Below, one piece after another: positions 18,572 to 28,032 of a stretch of 64,000 bases of DNA; position 1 is the stretch's first letter; every line of letters starts with the position of its first letter. The position numbers and the translations under genes were made by a program. Under the pieces are notes generated by a model. It did not search any database. It was not told the DNA's origin and saw only the letters and a list, made by a program, of their open reading frames with translations. The DNA is taken from positions 64,001 to 128,000 of the IMG/VR virus record IMGVR_UViG_3300044653_000098. One strand, 5' to 3'. This DNA is from a virus.

Positions 18572-19037
18572 GCGCAAGGCAGGCGGCCACGGCCCGACCC
18601 TGGCCGACGAGGTCGAGCACGAGATCCTGCTGAGGGACTGGGATCTGCTGCCAACGCCCGCGGCCCGCGACTTCAAATCAGGCGAGTCGAATCTGCTGGA
18701 GCGCAATGCGCGGCCGCTCAACGAGGTAGCCGTCAACTGGCTGCGTCCGGCCGGCGGGGTGGTCGACTGGGGCAAGTTCGCCCGTGCGGTGTTGCGGTGG
18801 GAGCAGGTGTTTGGTCACCTTGTGCCCTGCCCCCTGGAGCCCGGCCGGTTTGGCAACCTTGTGCTGGCTCCTGTGTTCGTGGAGTGGATGATGGGACTGG
18901 AGCCTGGGTGGGTGACGGACCTTCCCATCTCCCGTAACGCCAAGCTGAAGCTGCTTGGCAATGGTGTGGTTCCCCAGCAGGTGGCGCTTGCGCTGCCCCG
19001 GCTGCTGCAGCGGGTACCAGTGTCATGGATTCGCTAG
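18315..19037 (+). CDS. C5-cytosine DNA methyltransferase, C-terminal subunit (TRD plus motifs IX-X) in an overlapping frame
   Basis: LLPTPAARD, FVEWMMGL..GWVT and LKLLGNGVVPQQ; start uncertain. Confidence 0.85.
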   Translation: MLVPTATWNPARGVWETPQIASCGHLVPYSVTLPRSGTMRNGKLYPPLTPAAAIPVIGSSSSPGPVLLKTPTAQLGINGGSQHPSKRKAGGHGPTLADEVEHEILLRDWDLLPTPAARDFKSGESNLLERNARPLNEVAVNWLRPAGGVVDWGKFARAVLRWEQVFGHLVPCPLEPGRFGNLVLAPVFVEWMMGLEPGWVTDLPISRNAKLKLLGNGVVPQQVALALPRLLQRVPVSWIR

Positions 19038-20506
19038 ATCACGGAAAGCGTGTTCTGGGAACGATACTGGGCCACCAGGACCGGCAGGCTCTCGACTACG
19101 CCCTGCGCTGGCTCCAGCCCGAGCACTTCACCGACGCCGTCCAGGCCAACATCTGGGTGATGTGCCAGCGGTACCTGGACCAGGCTGGCCACGTGCTTAC
19201 CCGCAGCGCGCTGGAAGACATCATGAGCCACCAGCCGCCCGGCACAGCCCTCATGTATACGGAGATGTTCGACAGCCTCGTGACGTGGAAGGCCGACGCC
19301 ACCGCGGCCGGCGTCGCTGCGTTTCAGTGGTCGGTGCAGCAGCTGCGCGATCTGGCCGCCGAGCGGCTGACGGGCGAGGCCCTGACCCGCGGGATGGAAA
19401 TCCTGCGCCGGGGCTGGACGGAGGGCCGCCAGTCCTGGTCCGGCCACGACGACGCCCGGCGCTGGCTGATCACCCGTTTCTCCGAGATCGAGCGCCAGAT
19501 GCGTTACGCCGAGGTGCCCGAGGGCGACATGCGCACCGAGGGCGCAGCCATGCTGAGCGAGTACGGAAATCGCAAGGCCATGGCTGCCCGAGGCGAGACC
19601 GGGAGCATCGCCACTGGCATCCTGGAGCTGGACAAGCTGCTCGGCGGCGGTCTGGAGCGGGGCGAGCTGGATTTCATCGCCGCCTACACCAGCGTCGGGA
19701 AGACCAGCCTGTGCGTCCACCTCGCCTGGCACGCCGCAGTGATGCAGGGCAAGAACGTCGTCTACTTCACCAGCGAGACGCTGCGCGAGCAGATCAAGAT
19801 CAAGGTGATCTCCCGGCACTCCCGGCTGGAGAAGTTTGGGCTGAAGTACGGGCTCAACAGCAAGGACATCAAGGCGGGACAGCTGACCCCGGAGGGCGAA
19901 CGGTCCTTCGCCGCGGTGAGGGACGATTTCGACCGGATCGCCGGGCGGCTGTTCATTGCCCAGGTGCCCAAGGGCGCCACGGTCAGCGTCATCGATGCGA
20001 GCCTGGAGCGCATTACCCGGGACTGGGAGGCCGATCTGGTCATCCTGGACTCGGTAAACCTGCTGCGGCCTGAGGAGACGCGCCGGTCCGGCTGGGAGGA
20101 GCACTCCCGCACGATCAAGGCGTCCAAGGAACTGGCAGCCACCTACCACGATGGCCGTGGGGTGCCTTTGGTTAGCCCGTGGCAGATATCCGAGTCCGGC
20201 CAGCGCGCGGCCCGCGAGCGCGGGCACTACCTAGTCGGGGATTTGGCCGAGTCACACGAGGCGGCCACCAGCTCGGATGTGGCCCTGTCGCTCATGAGTC
20301 CCGCGGACTTTGGCGGCGGCCGCAACGTCACGCTGGAGATGAGCGTGCTGAAGAACCGCGACGGTGAGTCCCTGCAGGGCGCAAGCTCCACCATCAAGCT
20401 GCGCACCGACTACGCCACGAGCTACTTCATGGCCCAGGGCGGAGGCTCCGACAGCGTCACCCAGCTGATGCAGTACCAGGCCAACGGGTCCAATGTCTTC
20501 GGGTGA
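19025..20506 (+). CDS. dnaB: DnaB-like replicative helicase
   Basis: TGILELDKLLGGGLERGEL, Walker A AYTSVGKT, YFTSE, VILDSV, WQI and KNRDG. Confidence 0.9.
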   Translation: MDSLDHGKRVLGTILGHQDRQALDYALRWLQPEHFTDAVQANIWVMCQRYLDQAGHVLTRSALEDIMSHQPPGTALMYTEMFDSLVTWKADATAAGVAAFQWSVQQLRDLAAERLTGEALTRGMEILRRGWTEGRQSWSGHDDARRWLITRFSEIERQMRYAEVPEGDMRTEGAAMLSEYGNRKAMAARGETGSIATGILELDKLLGGGLERGELDFIAAYTSVGKTSLCVHLAWHAAVMQGKNVVYFTSETLREQIKIKVISRHSRLEKFGLKYGLNSKDIKAGQLTPEGERSFAAVRDDFDRIAGRLFIAQVPKGATVSVIDASLERITRDWEADLVILDSVNLLRPEETRRSGWEEHSRTIKASKELAATYHDGRGVPLVSPWQISESGQRAARERGHYLVGDLAESHEAATSSDVALSLMSPADFGGGRNVTLEMSVLKNRDGESLQGASSTIKLRTDYATSYFMAQGGGSDSVTQLMQYQANGSNVFG

Positions 20507-21062
20507 GCTGGCCGGCGGCGAGCTGATCTCCCTGGCCAACCGGATCGTGCCTTTCCCGCTGGCATGCCGCGAGGCCGGGATGGACAACGTGCCAGAGCCC
20601 CGGCAGAGCGGCAGCCGGGCCTATTGCCCGTTCGGTGAGTTCAGCCACCCCGATGGTGGCCGGGATCAGGCGCTGCGCGTCTACTACGATCACGGGTTCT
20701 GCTTTGCGGAATGGCTGTACCTGTCCCCGGTCAAGATCCTCGCTCTGGCCCGGGATCTCGCCGCGGAGGAGGCTGCCAGGCACCTGCTCGACTGCGTCGG
20801 GTACCAGCCGGCCTCGTGGCAGGAGCGGTGGGAGGAGCTGCTGGAAGAGCGGCCGGAACCGGATTACGCTGCCCTGGCCCGTGCTCTTCGTTCCCGGCTG
20901 GAGGTTAGGTACGCTGACTGGGGGAATCGCCAACTCGATTCTAATGTTTCGACAATGCTGGCCAGCTGCCTTGGGCTGCTGACACGGGTCCACTCGGAGG
21001 CGGACTGCAAGCTTTGGCTGGAGCGGTCCTCAGAAGTGATGGCGCAGGCACTAGGAGGATGA
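20493..21062 (+). CDS. Primase-type (CHC2-like) zinc-finger protein without TOPRIM domain
   Basis: YCPF...H.D....ALRVY....FCFA directly after dnaB. Confidence 0.55.
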   Translation: MSSGELAGGELISLANRIVPFPLACREAGMDNVPEPRQSGSRAYCPFGEFSHPDGGRDQALRVYYDHGFCFAEWLYLSPVKILALARDLAAEEAARHLLDCVGYQPASWQERWEELLEERPEPDYAALARALRSRLEVRYADWGNRQLDSNVSTMLASCLGLLTRVHSEADCKLWLERSSEVMAQALGG

Positions 21063-21063
21063 G

Positions 21064-21354
21064 ATGACTGCAAAGACCACGCTGAACGTCCCAAAGCTGC
21101 CCGGATGGATCACGCTGAGCGAGGCGGGAAAGATCCTGGGAGTCTCCCGGTGGGCGGTCCACAAGATGTGCGACCGGGAAGCTCTCAAGCCGGGTGAGAA
21201 GCCGGTGCTGAATGCTTTCTACATCGGGGATCCGGACCGCCCGGTATACCTTGTGCGCGAGGCGGAAGTCTCGGCCCTCAAGAGGAACCGGGGCCGCCCA
21301 GCCCAGCCCTCGGCTAGTTCCGCAGAGGCAGTGCCCGAGGTGCAGACGGCGTAA
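21064..21354 (+). CDS. HTH DNA-binding protein (excisionase/MerR-like)
   Basis: ITLSEAGKILGVSRWAVHKMC. Confidence 0.75.
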   Translation: MTAKTTLNVPKLPGWITLSEAGKILGVSRWAVHKMCDREALKPGEKPVLNAFYIGDPDRPVYLVREAEVSALKRNRGRPAQPSASSAEAVPEVQTA

Positions 21355-21419
21355 CAAGAGCAGGGCCCTGGGATCCACGGGCGGTGGTCCCAGGGCTCTT
21401 CACGTTGGAGGGTGGGGAT

Positions 21420-21914
21420 ATGGCGATCTTCGCGGACATGGTGGCCGAGCAGGCGACGGAAGCTGCTGCCACCTATGATGGCCACCGCTGGCGCTGGCTG
21501 GTTGAGCAGTGGGGGCGCCCGGTACGCAGAAACGGTCTTGTCCTCCCGGAGCAGCAGCTGAGCGACGGCGCGGTTATTGATGTAGCAGGCGCCCTGACCT
21601 GTGATGCTGTCATGCGGCGCTGGCTTGGGCTGCCTGGCGAGGAGAATGCCCCCAGGCGGCGGGCTGCCCTGGAGCTGCAGGAGGCCCTGCACGGCTTCGA
21701 GATGGAGCGCGCAGCCCGGCCGCCGCAGGTGACCTACTCGCTGCCGCTCAGTGCTCCGGTGACGGAGGATCCGTACGGCAGCACCTATCCCATCCCCGCG
21801 CCTGCCACCAGCCCGGCAACCATGCCCGTGCCCGCGGTGCATCCGGCCCGTCCCGGCCTCATCGAGACCACCCATCAGGTCCGGGCGTTTCTCAGAGACC
21901 GCCTGCACAGATGA
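21420..21914 (+). CDS. Hypothetical protein
   Basis: ORF with GGAGG RBS. Confidence 0.6.
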   Translation: MAIFADMVAEQATEAAATYDGHRWRWLVEQWGRPVRRNGLVLPEQQLSDGAVIDVAGALTCDAVMRRWLGLPGEENAPRRRAALELQEALHGFEMERAARPPQVTYSLPLSAPVTEDPYGSTYPIPAPATSPATMPVPAVHPARPGLIETTHQVRAFLRDRLHR

Positions 21915-22315
21915 AAACCATCCTCACGTTCCTGGCACCGCGGGAGATGCTGTCTCCCGCACAGCTGTGGTTCCTGGCCGGGCAGGACCCCGCTCGCTAT
22001 CTGGAGCTGATGCGTGAGTATGGGTACATCGTGCCCTCCCGTGGCGCTCCCCAGGAGCCACTGCCGTGCGGCTGGCCAGACAATGGGCACCGGGTGCCAC
22101 TCGAGTATGACGACACCCTGGTCTGGGAGGAGCCGTCGGACAGCGGCAACGGTGTCTACCTGGTTCGCCAGCTGGCCGATGGGCGCTGGTACTGCCCATG
22201 TGAGGACTTCGAGTACCGCGGCATGGAGCGGCCTTGCAAGCACATCGTGCGCCGGCAGCGGAAGATCGCAGAGGCTGTCGCAAGCCAGGACGGCAGAGGT
22301 AGGGTGACGGCGTGA
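21911..22315 (+). CDS. SWIM zinc-finger protein
   Basis: WYCPCEDF......PCKH. Confidence 0.75.
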   Translation: MKTILTFLAPREMLSPAQLWFLAGQDPARYLELMREYGYIVPSRGAPQEPLPCGWPDNGHRVPLEYDDTLVWEEPSDSGNGVYLVRQLADGRWYCPCEDFEYRGMERPCKHIVRRQRKIAEAVASQDGRGRVTA

Positions 22316-22563
22316 ATGAGCTGCTGGAGGAACGCGGGTGGGAAGAGCTTCCTCCAGGGGAGCTGTGCTGGCTGGACTGTGCCGGGCAGGCCCTGCACAA
22401 GGAATGGCATCACAGCGAGATAGATCTCTGCGAACCGCACGCCCTGGTGCTGGAATCCGGGCGCAAGAACGCCACCTACGCTGGGGCGCTGACCCCGTCC
22501 GACTCGGTTGCAATCGAGTGGCCGTGGCGCCGCATTGCCCGTCAGCTTGTCGACGTCGTATAA
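22312..22563 (+). CDS. Hypothetical protein
   Basis: Coupled ORF with C..C..C..H motif. Confidence 0.55.
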   Translation: MNELLEERGWEELPPGELCWLDCAGQALHKEWHHSEIDLCEPHALVLESGRKNATYAGALTPSDSVAIEWPWRRIARQLVDVV

Positions 22564-22568
22564 GTCCT

Positions 22569-22835
22569 ATGGCGGCAGGACGATGCGAGGGCTGTGGCAG
22601 ATCAGACTCTGCGTCCAAGATTGCGCGTCACATCCAGGCATGCGATGAGTGGCTGAAGCTGTACGCCAGGGATCCGGCGCTGGCGCTGTCTCCCGAGGAG
22701 TCGGCCCGGCGGTGGAAAGGCGGGGGCCGCGCTTCCGAGCGCGCGGCATATCTGCTGGCTGTAACCTCTGACATCGAGGAGCGCCGGGCCGCTGCCCTGG
22801 AGCGCTTCCGTCCCGCCGACATCCTGGCCGATTAG
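22569..22835 (+). CDS. Hypothetical C2HC zinc-finger protein
   Basis: CEGC...HIQAC. Confidence 0.6.
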   Translation: MAAGRCEGCGRSDSASKIARHIQACDEWLKLYARDPALALSPEESARRWKGGGRASERAAYLLAVTSDIEERRAAALERFRPADILAD

Positions 22836-22842
22836 GAGCGCC

Positions 22843-23283
22843 ATGCCCGATGATGCGCAGCCCACGACCAACTCCAAGATCGAGAACATGAAGCGGGCGC
22901 GGGAAGCTCAGTTCGCCGGCTGGTTCGAGAAACGGCACTGGCGGGTGGCCGAGGAGACCAACGGCCTGCGGACGCGCGATGGCATCACCATTCTGTACGA
23001 CCACGGGGAGTTCTGGGTCCAGCATCCCGGTGTGTTCAAGACCCCGCTCGGGCACCGCGGCAAGCGCGGGTTCCTGGTCAGGGAGACCGACGCCAAGGGC
23101 AATGACCTTGATCCTGCGTCGGTGCAAGCCTTCGGCCATCTCACCCTGAAGACGGCCGGGGAGCGCTACGGGACGATCCACGGCCTGCCGGCCGAGCCCC
23201 GCAGAGAGCCTCCTGAGGAGCTGCTGGGACAGCTGGACCCCCCTCACCCGGATTCGGACGACCCTCCTGAGCCGACTGGCTGA
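22843..23283 (+). CDS. Hypothetical protein
   Basis: AGGAG RBS; coding-like codon usage. Confidence 0.7.
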   Translation: MPDDAQPTTNSKIENMKRAREAQFAGWFEKRHWRVAEETNGLRTRDGITILYDHGEFWVQHPGVFKTPLGHRGKRGFLVRETDAKGNDLDPASVQAFGHLTLKTAGERYGTIHGLPAEPRREPPEELLGQLDPPHPDSDDPPEPTG

Positions 23284-23318
23284 GAACTGTCGCCCCTGGG
23301 TGGTAGGATTCCCTTCCA

Positions 23319-23348
23319 GTTGACACGGGTCTACCTCCCGGCTAGTCT
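23319..23348 (+). promoter_or_regulatory. sigma70 promoter with overlapping operator
   Basis: TTGACA-N17-TAGTCT; GTTGACACGGGTCTAC operator copy. Confidence 0.8.
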
Positions 23349-23353
23349 GCTAG

Positions 23354-24499
23354 ATGGAAGAGCCCAGCACGCCTGGGCGCGCATTCCAGCTCGGAAGCAG
23401 GAGGATGCGCATGCCGCAACCTGTAAGTGCAGTGCCGTCATCGCCGGAAGAGTTCGTCAGGCTGTACCGCGATTATGTCGTGCATCTGGTCCGCAAGCTC
23501 GGGGTTCCGGACCAGGACTGTGAGGACGTCGCGAACGACATCCTGGAGAAAGAGCTGAGGGCCAGGGACACGCTCGGCCGCGAGGTCGGGGTCCTGGCGC
23601 TCTACAACCCCCGGCACGAGGTCGAGTTCCAGGGCGAGCGCAAGCGGGTAACCTTCCGCGCGTTCCTGTCCGCCCGGGTAGCCCTGAGAGTGCGGGGCAA
23701 GCGCGAGACCATTCAGCGCCGCGCCGGGCGCGAGCTGCTGATCTGCGACTCCGCGGTCAGCGACGGCCAGAGCTGGATCGACCTGTTCGGGGGATCGGTC
23801 ACCGACGACTACAGCCACCTGGACGCCGAGGAGTGGCTGGCCGCCATGCGTGACCGGCTGGCCCGCGTTCCCCGCAGCTCCCCCGGTGACAGCTGCGACC
23901 TCATCGCCTTGTTTGATGAGCTGGTCAGCCAGATCAAGCGGACCGGGGCGATCGACCGGTCCGCGGTGCAGTCCCGCTTCGACGTTGCCGACACCACGGT
24001 GACCAACTGGCTGCACCGGCTTCGCGAAATTATGGGCGCCGTCCCCGGCACCGAGCTGGCCCCGCCGGAGAGCCGCGTCATCGGCGGCGTGACCCTGACC
24101 ATGGCCGACATCCGGATGGCGCTCAACGTTCTGCGCAGCGCCCCCGGCATCATGGTCCGGCAGCCGCTGGCCAAGGCCGGGCACCCGCTGGCCAGGGCCG
24201 AGGCGGGCTGGTACCACTCTTTCTCCAAGGAAGAGATCAAGGCTTTCCCCGAGATCGCGGTCGACCCCCAGACCCACCGCAAGCCTGCCGGGCACGTGAA
24301 GCTCGCCGTGATCCACCGGCTGGAGCGGATGCTCGGGCTGCTCATGGCCGAGGCCCCGGCGCCCGAGCCGGAAGAGCCGCTGACCGAGTGGGAGCTGACC
24401 GAGGCCCGCCTGTGGTCGGCCGGCCTGAAGGACACCTCGGTGCTGGATGAGATCCACAAGTGGTGGGAGACCAGCCACTCGGAGGTATCAGTCGCATGA
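23354..24499 (+). CDS. ECF-like sigma factor with C-terminal extension
   Basis: EEFVRLYRDYVVHLVRKLG....CEDVANDI and FRAFL (region 2); IDRSAVQSRFDVADTTVTNWLHRLR (region 4 HTH). Confidence 0.7.
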   Translation: MEEPSTPGRAFQLGSRRMRMPQPVSAVPSSPEEFVRLYRDYVVHLVRKLGVPDQDCEDVANDILEKELRARDTLGREVGVLALYNPRHEVEFQGERKRVTFRAFLSARVALRVRGKRETIQRRAGRELLICDSAVSDGQSWIDLFGGSVTDDYSHLDAEEWLAAMRDRLARVPRSSPGDSCDLIALFDELVSQIKRTGAIDRSAVQSRFDVADTTVTNWLHRLREIMGAVPGTELAPPESRVIGGVTLTMADIRMALNVLRSAPGIMVRQPLAKAGHPLARAEAGWYHSFSKEEIKAFPEIAVDPQTHRKPAGHVKLAVIHRLERMLGLLMAEAPAPEPEEPLTEWELTEARLWSAGLKDTSVLDEIHKWWETSHSEVSVA

Positions 24500-24642
24500 T
24501 GGCAGAACAGACGGTTGTCGTTCAGGGTCTGGATGTCCTGGGCATCGTTGCAAGTATCGGGCTGGTGGTACTGATCTTTGGTCTTGTGTGGGTCATCAAT
24601 CTCCTGGGCGACATCCGCAGAGAGCTGCGGAGGAATCGGTGA
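24496..24642 (+). CDS. Small membrane protein
   Basis: Single TM helix; coupled on both sides. Confidence 0.55.
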   Translation: MMAEQTVVVQGLDVLGIVASIGLVVLIFGLVWVINLLGDIRRELRRNR

Positions 24643-25427
24643 TCGTCGGCCACGACCGCGTCATGACCGAGTTGCTGTGCTGCTCCGAGCCGGCCATGCT
24701 TCTGCAGGGCCCCGCCAGCGTCGGCAAGTTCACCGCAGCCCGTCACGTCGCCTACTCCTGGGAAGTGCAGCAGGCCGACCTGTTCTGCATCGAGAAGCTT
24801 TCAGCAAACGATGCTAAGCGGGTGGCTGACCAGCTGGCTTACATCCCGCCGTTCGGTGAGCTGAAGGCGTTCATCATCCGGACGGACGGATCCACCCCCA
24901 TCGCCCAGAACATCCTGCTGAAGACGCTGGAGGAGCCCACGCCCGGCATCCGGTTCTTCCTGGTGGCTTCGGAGCCTGTGCTGCCCACGATCGCCTCGCG
25001 GTGCCGCCTGTTCCAGTTCGGGCTGCTCAGCGACGGTGAGGTCGAGCAGGTGCTTCGCCAGACCGGGATGAATGCCGAGTCGGCCGCCTTCCACGCACCG
25101 CTCGGCGCGGGCCGGGTGCAGGCCGCCAGGGCCGGGGTCAGTCCCCATGCCCGCGGTCAGGTCGTCTCAGCGCTGCGTGCGCTGGCCGCCAGGGATCCGT
25201 CCATGCTGCCCGCCGCCCTGAGGGAATGGGACGAGGCGGCTCACGAGCTGCTCAAGTTGTGGGCTGCTGAGGCCGCCTCCGGCCGGTGGCGCGTGTTCAC
25301 TGACGAGAGCGCCCCCGGTGCCAGTGCGGACATGGCCCGGAAGTTGCTCGGCCGGCTGGGCAGCTACTCCCAGAGCGCTCCCAAGCTGGCGGCTTACGCC
25401 GCGCTCGACTCCCTGTGCTGGAGCTGA
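24639..25427 (+). CDS. holB: Clamp loader delta-prime subunit
   Basis: LLQGPASVGKFTAA, AQNILLKTLEEP and LPTIASRC. Confidence 0.85.
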   Translation: MIVGHDRVMTELLCCSEPAMLLQGPASVGKFTAARHVAYSWEVQQADLFCIEKLSANDAKRVADQLAYIPPFGELKAFIIRTDGSTPIAQNILLKTLEEPTPGIRFFLVASEPVLPTIASRCRLFQFGLLSDGEVEQVLRQTGMNAESAAFHAPLGAGRVQAARAGVSPHARGQVVSALRALAARDPSMLPAALREWDEAAHELLKLWAAEAASGRWRVFTDESAPGASADMARKLLGRLGSYSQSAPKLAAYAALDSLCWS

Positions 25428-25489
25428 TTTCCTGCGCGATACCCCTCCTGTCGTGCAGCATTGCACCGACCACATAGGAGGGGAATACG

Positions 25490-26047
25490 ATGCCTGACGA
25501 GATCGGGGCTGTCGACCTCAGCGGACTGCCCGGCAGGATGGATGCCGCCCGGCGGCAGAGGAGTGAGCCGCCTCACCCGCAGCGCCCTCCGTCCCGGACC
25601 ACCGCCAGGGTGCACTCGGCGGTGACCAATCCAGATGGATCTGGCGTAGCCCAGATCATGGTCACGGACGACGCTCCTCCGTGGATGACCCCTGAGCTGG
25701 AGCAGAGCCACAAAGACCTGCTCGACCTGGGTGAGCAGGTGCAGCGGCGCAGTCAGGAGGTGCTGCGCTACGGGGGGAACATCCCCCTGGAGAGCATGTT
25801 CTCCCTGCAGCTGTTCACGCTGGTCGACATGCTCTTCCCGCGGACCACCGAGCGCGGCCAGAGGCAGTTTCTGGAGTATCAGGTCCGGGTGCAGAACCGG
25901 CTGCTGGAGATTCTCGACTCCGTTGAGGCGCAGATCCACCAGGCAGCCCTGGCCGCCGGGAGTCACGTTCCCCCGGAGGCCCTGGCCCGGATGGCTGAGC
26001 GCGCCGGGATACCCACCCCGGCGGCCGAGCAGAGACGAGGTGGATGA
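25490..26047 (+). CDS. Hypothetical protein
   Basis: AGGAGG RBS. Confidence 0.7.
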   Translation: MPDEIGAVDLSGLPGRMDAARRQRSEPPHPQRPPSRTTARVHSAVTNPDGSGVAQIMVTDDAPPWMTPELEQSHKDLLDLGEQVQRRSQEVLRYGGNIPLESMFSLQLFTLVDMLFPRTTERGQRQFLEYQVRVQNRLLEILDSVEAQIHQAALAAGSHVPPEALARMAERAGIPTPAAEQRRGG

Positions 26048-27015
26048 TGGCAACTTACGGGCAGTGGGCTAAGAAACGGGAGCTGGGCAGGATCAGCTGG
26101 GTCTGCGGCAATGAGCCCGTGCTGATCGAGGAGATCGTCGCCACGGCGCTGGCGCAGGCCACGTCCAGCCTCGTCCTTGATGCGGCGGAATGCACTGAGG
26201 CCGACGTCTGGTCCGCGGCCGCCTCACCGCCGGCCGATCCGGACGAGCGCCTGCTGGTTCTCGTCCGCAGCGCCCAGCGGCTGAAACGGTGGGATCAGCT
26301 CGCCCCGCTGCTCACCGCCCGCGACCTCGGTCAGGTCCGGGTGCTGTTCGTCTCCTCTGAGGAACGGCTGGCCAGGCGCCGCGGTGAGGACGAGGAGAAG
26401 GCGGTCCTCGCACCGCATCTGGCCCTGCTGCGCGACAGCCGGCCGGGGATGGTGGTGGAGTGCCGGGTGCCGGAAGACTGGCGGGACATGCCCGAGTGGC
26501 TGCTTGAGTGGGCCAGCACGGCGCTCGGCGGTGCCGGGCGCGTGGCCGGGGAGATGCTGCTCATGCTGTCCGGCAGCATCACCGAAGCGGCTGCGGTGGC
26601 TGCCAAGCTCACCGGAGCCGGGATCCCCCCGAGCCGGGAGATGATCACTGCCCTGGCCGACCCGGCCGCTTCCTACACCGAGGCTGTGATAGCTGGACGC
26701 ACGGCGGAGGCCCTGGCAGCGGCCGCGGGCATGACCCGCGAGGACACCGGGGCTGCGATCGGGCTGCTTGCCTCCCGGCTCGACCTGCTGCTTGCCCTCC
26801 ACGAGGCCGCCATGAGGCACTGGGACGCCCGTGAGACCGCGGTGAAGGGCAGCGTGCCCAGCTTCCTCCAGCTGCGCTACAGGGCCGCTGCGGCCTCGTA
26901 CAGCCACGAGCGTGCCCGCTCGCTCCGGCTGGTCCTGGCGGAAGCTGACGCAGCGTGGCGCTCGGGAGCCCAGGATGGGGTGCCGGAGTTCGTCGCGGTG
27001 CTGTGGGCGGCTTAG
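26044..27015 (+). CDS. holA: Clamp loader delta-like subunit
   Basis: WVCGNEPVLIEEIV N-terminus, 323 aa, and context with holB/dnaX/dnaN. Confidence 0.6.
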   Translation: MMATYGQWAKKRELGRISWVCGNEPVLIEEIVATALAQATSSLVLDAAECTEADVWSAAASPPADPDERLLVLVRSAQRLKRWDQLAPLLTARDLGQVRVLFVSSEERLARRRGEDEEKAVLAPHLALLRDSRPGMVVECRVPEDWRDMPEWLLEWASTALGGAGRVAGEMLLMLSGSITEAAAVAAKLTGAGIPPSREMITALADPAASYTEAVIAGRTAEALAAAAGMTREDTGAAIGLLASRLDLLLALHEAAMRHWDARETAVKGSVPSFLQLRYRAAAASYSHERARSLRLVLAEADAAWRSGAQDGVPEFVAVLWAA

Positions 27016-27029
27016 GAGGTAGCAGGGAC

Positions 27030-27470
27030 ATGACGACCAAGCCACGCCAGCGCCCTGGCGATCAGCCGCTGCCGGTCCCGAATGAGCGTCCCTCGATTCA
27101 TGATCTGGCAATCGAGGATCTGACGACCGGGCTGTTCAGTGATCCCGCCCCCGGCATCGACCTCATGGGGTCGCGCAAAGACCTTGGACTGGAGCGGTAC
27201 GGCTCCCTGCTGCAGGCGTTCAACGGCCGTGACGCGCACCGGGATTCCCTGGAAGAGATGGCTGATCTAATCGTCTACACCAGGCAGATGATTGAGGAGC
27301 ACCGGGAGGCTGGAACACCCCCTGGGCCCATGCTCATTAGGCTGGAGGTTGTCTACCAGACCCTGCTGTTCCTGCTAGTCGATATGTCGACACTCTCGCT
27401 TCCTGCGCCAGAGCCGAGCTATGGTGATGGTGAGCAGGCAGGAGAGCCTGCGGACGGAGCTGGTTCATGA
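27030..27470 (+). CDS. Putative all-alpha nucleotide pyrophosphatase-like protein
   Basis: GLERYG..L..FNGRD...DSLEEMADLIVY acidic helix motif. Confidence 0.5.
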   Translation: MTTKPRQRPGDQPLPVPNERPSIHDLAIEDLTTGLFSDPAPGIDLMGSRKDLGLERYGSLLQAFNGRDAHRDSLEEMADLIVYTRQMIEEHREAGTPPGPMLIRLEVVYQTLLFLLVDMSTLSLPAPEPSYGDGEQAGEPADGAGS

Positions 27471-27859
27471 CAGGCGCAGCCCCGCCCAGCTGGCGGGTTT
27501 ACCAGAAGGAATGGACCGTCGTCTACACCAGTGATGCAACGGACAAGGAAGGCGCGGCGGAGACCAGCCGGTTCCTTGCCGAGCATTATGATGGCCGCCT
27601 GAACGACGAGGACATCCGGATGAGTCTTACGGTCCCTGTCCTCGTGAACGGCCAGCGCCCCGAGAACTGCGAGCCAACGCATGCGCGCGGCTCGGTGCGG
27701 ACCTGGAACCTCCGTGGTGAGTGGGGCCTGCGCGAGGACGCAGACAACCACGTCGAGAGGATCTGGGCCGCAGAAGGTGTAGTCCCTACCGTGGTGGGGG
27801 CAGAAACACCACAGGAGCAGGAGCTGCTCGATTACGGGAAGAGGATGCTGCCCGCATGA
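27467..27859 (+). CDS. Hypothetical protein
   Basis: Coupled ORF. Confidence 0.6.
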   Translation: MTGAAPPSWRVYQKEWTVVYTSDATDKEGAAETSRFLAEHYDGRLNDEDIRMSLTVPVLVNGQRPENCEPTHARGSVRTWNLRGEWGLREDADNHVERIWAAEGVVPTVVGAETPQEQELLDYGKRMLPA

Positions 27860-28032
27860 GCCCAGTTGCTGTCGAGGCACTCGAAACCAGGCTGGCGCAG
27901 ACAGAGCGCGAGCGTGACTTCGCGAACACGGTGGCCGCGGAGGCCGTCCGCATGCTCAGCGATGATCAGCTTCACGCGCTGCGCCGCCGGCTGGCGGGGT
28001 GCGACGAGCCTGCGCTCGTCCGCACGGGCTGA
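27856..28032 (+). CDS. Hypothetical protein
   Basis: Coupled small ORF. Confidence 0.5.
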   Translation: MSPVAVEALETRLAQTERERDFANTVAAEAVRMLSDDQLHALRRRLAGCDEPALVRTG

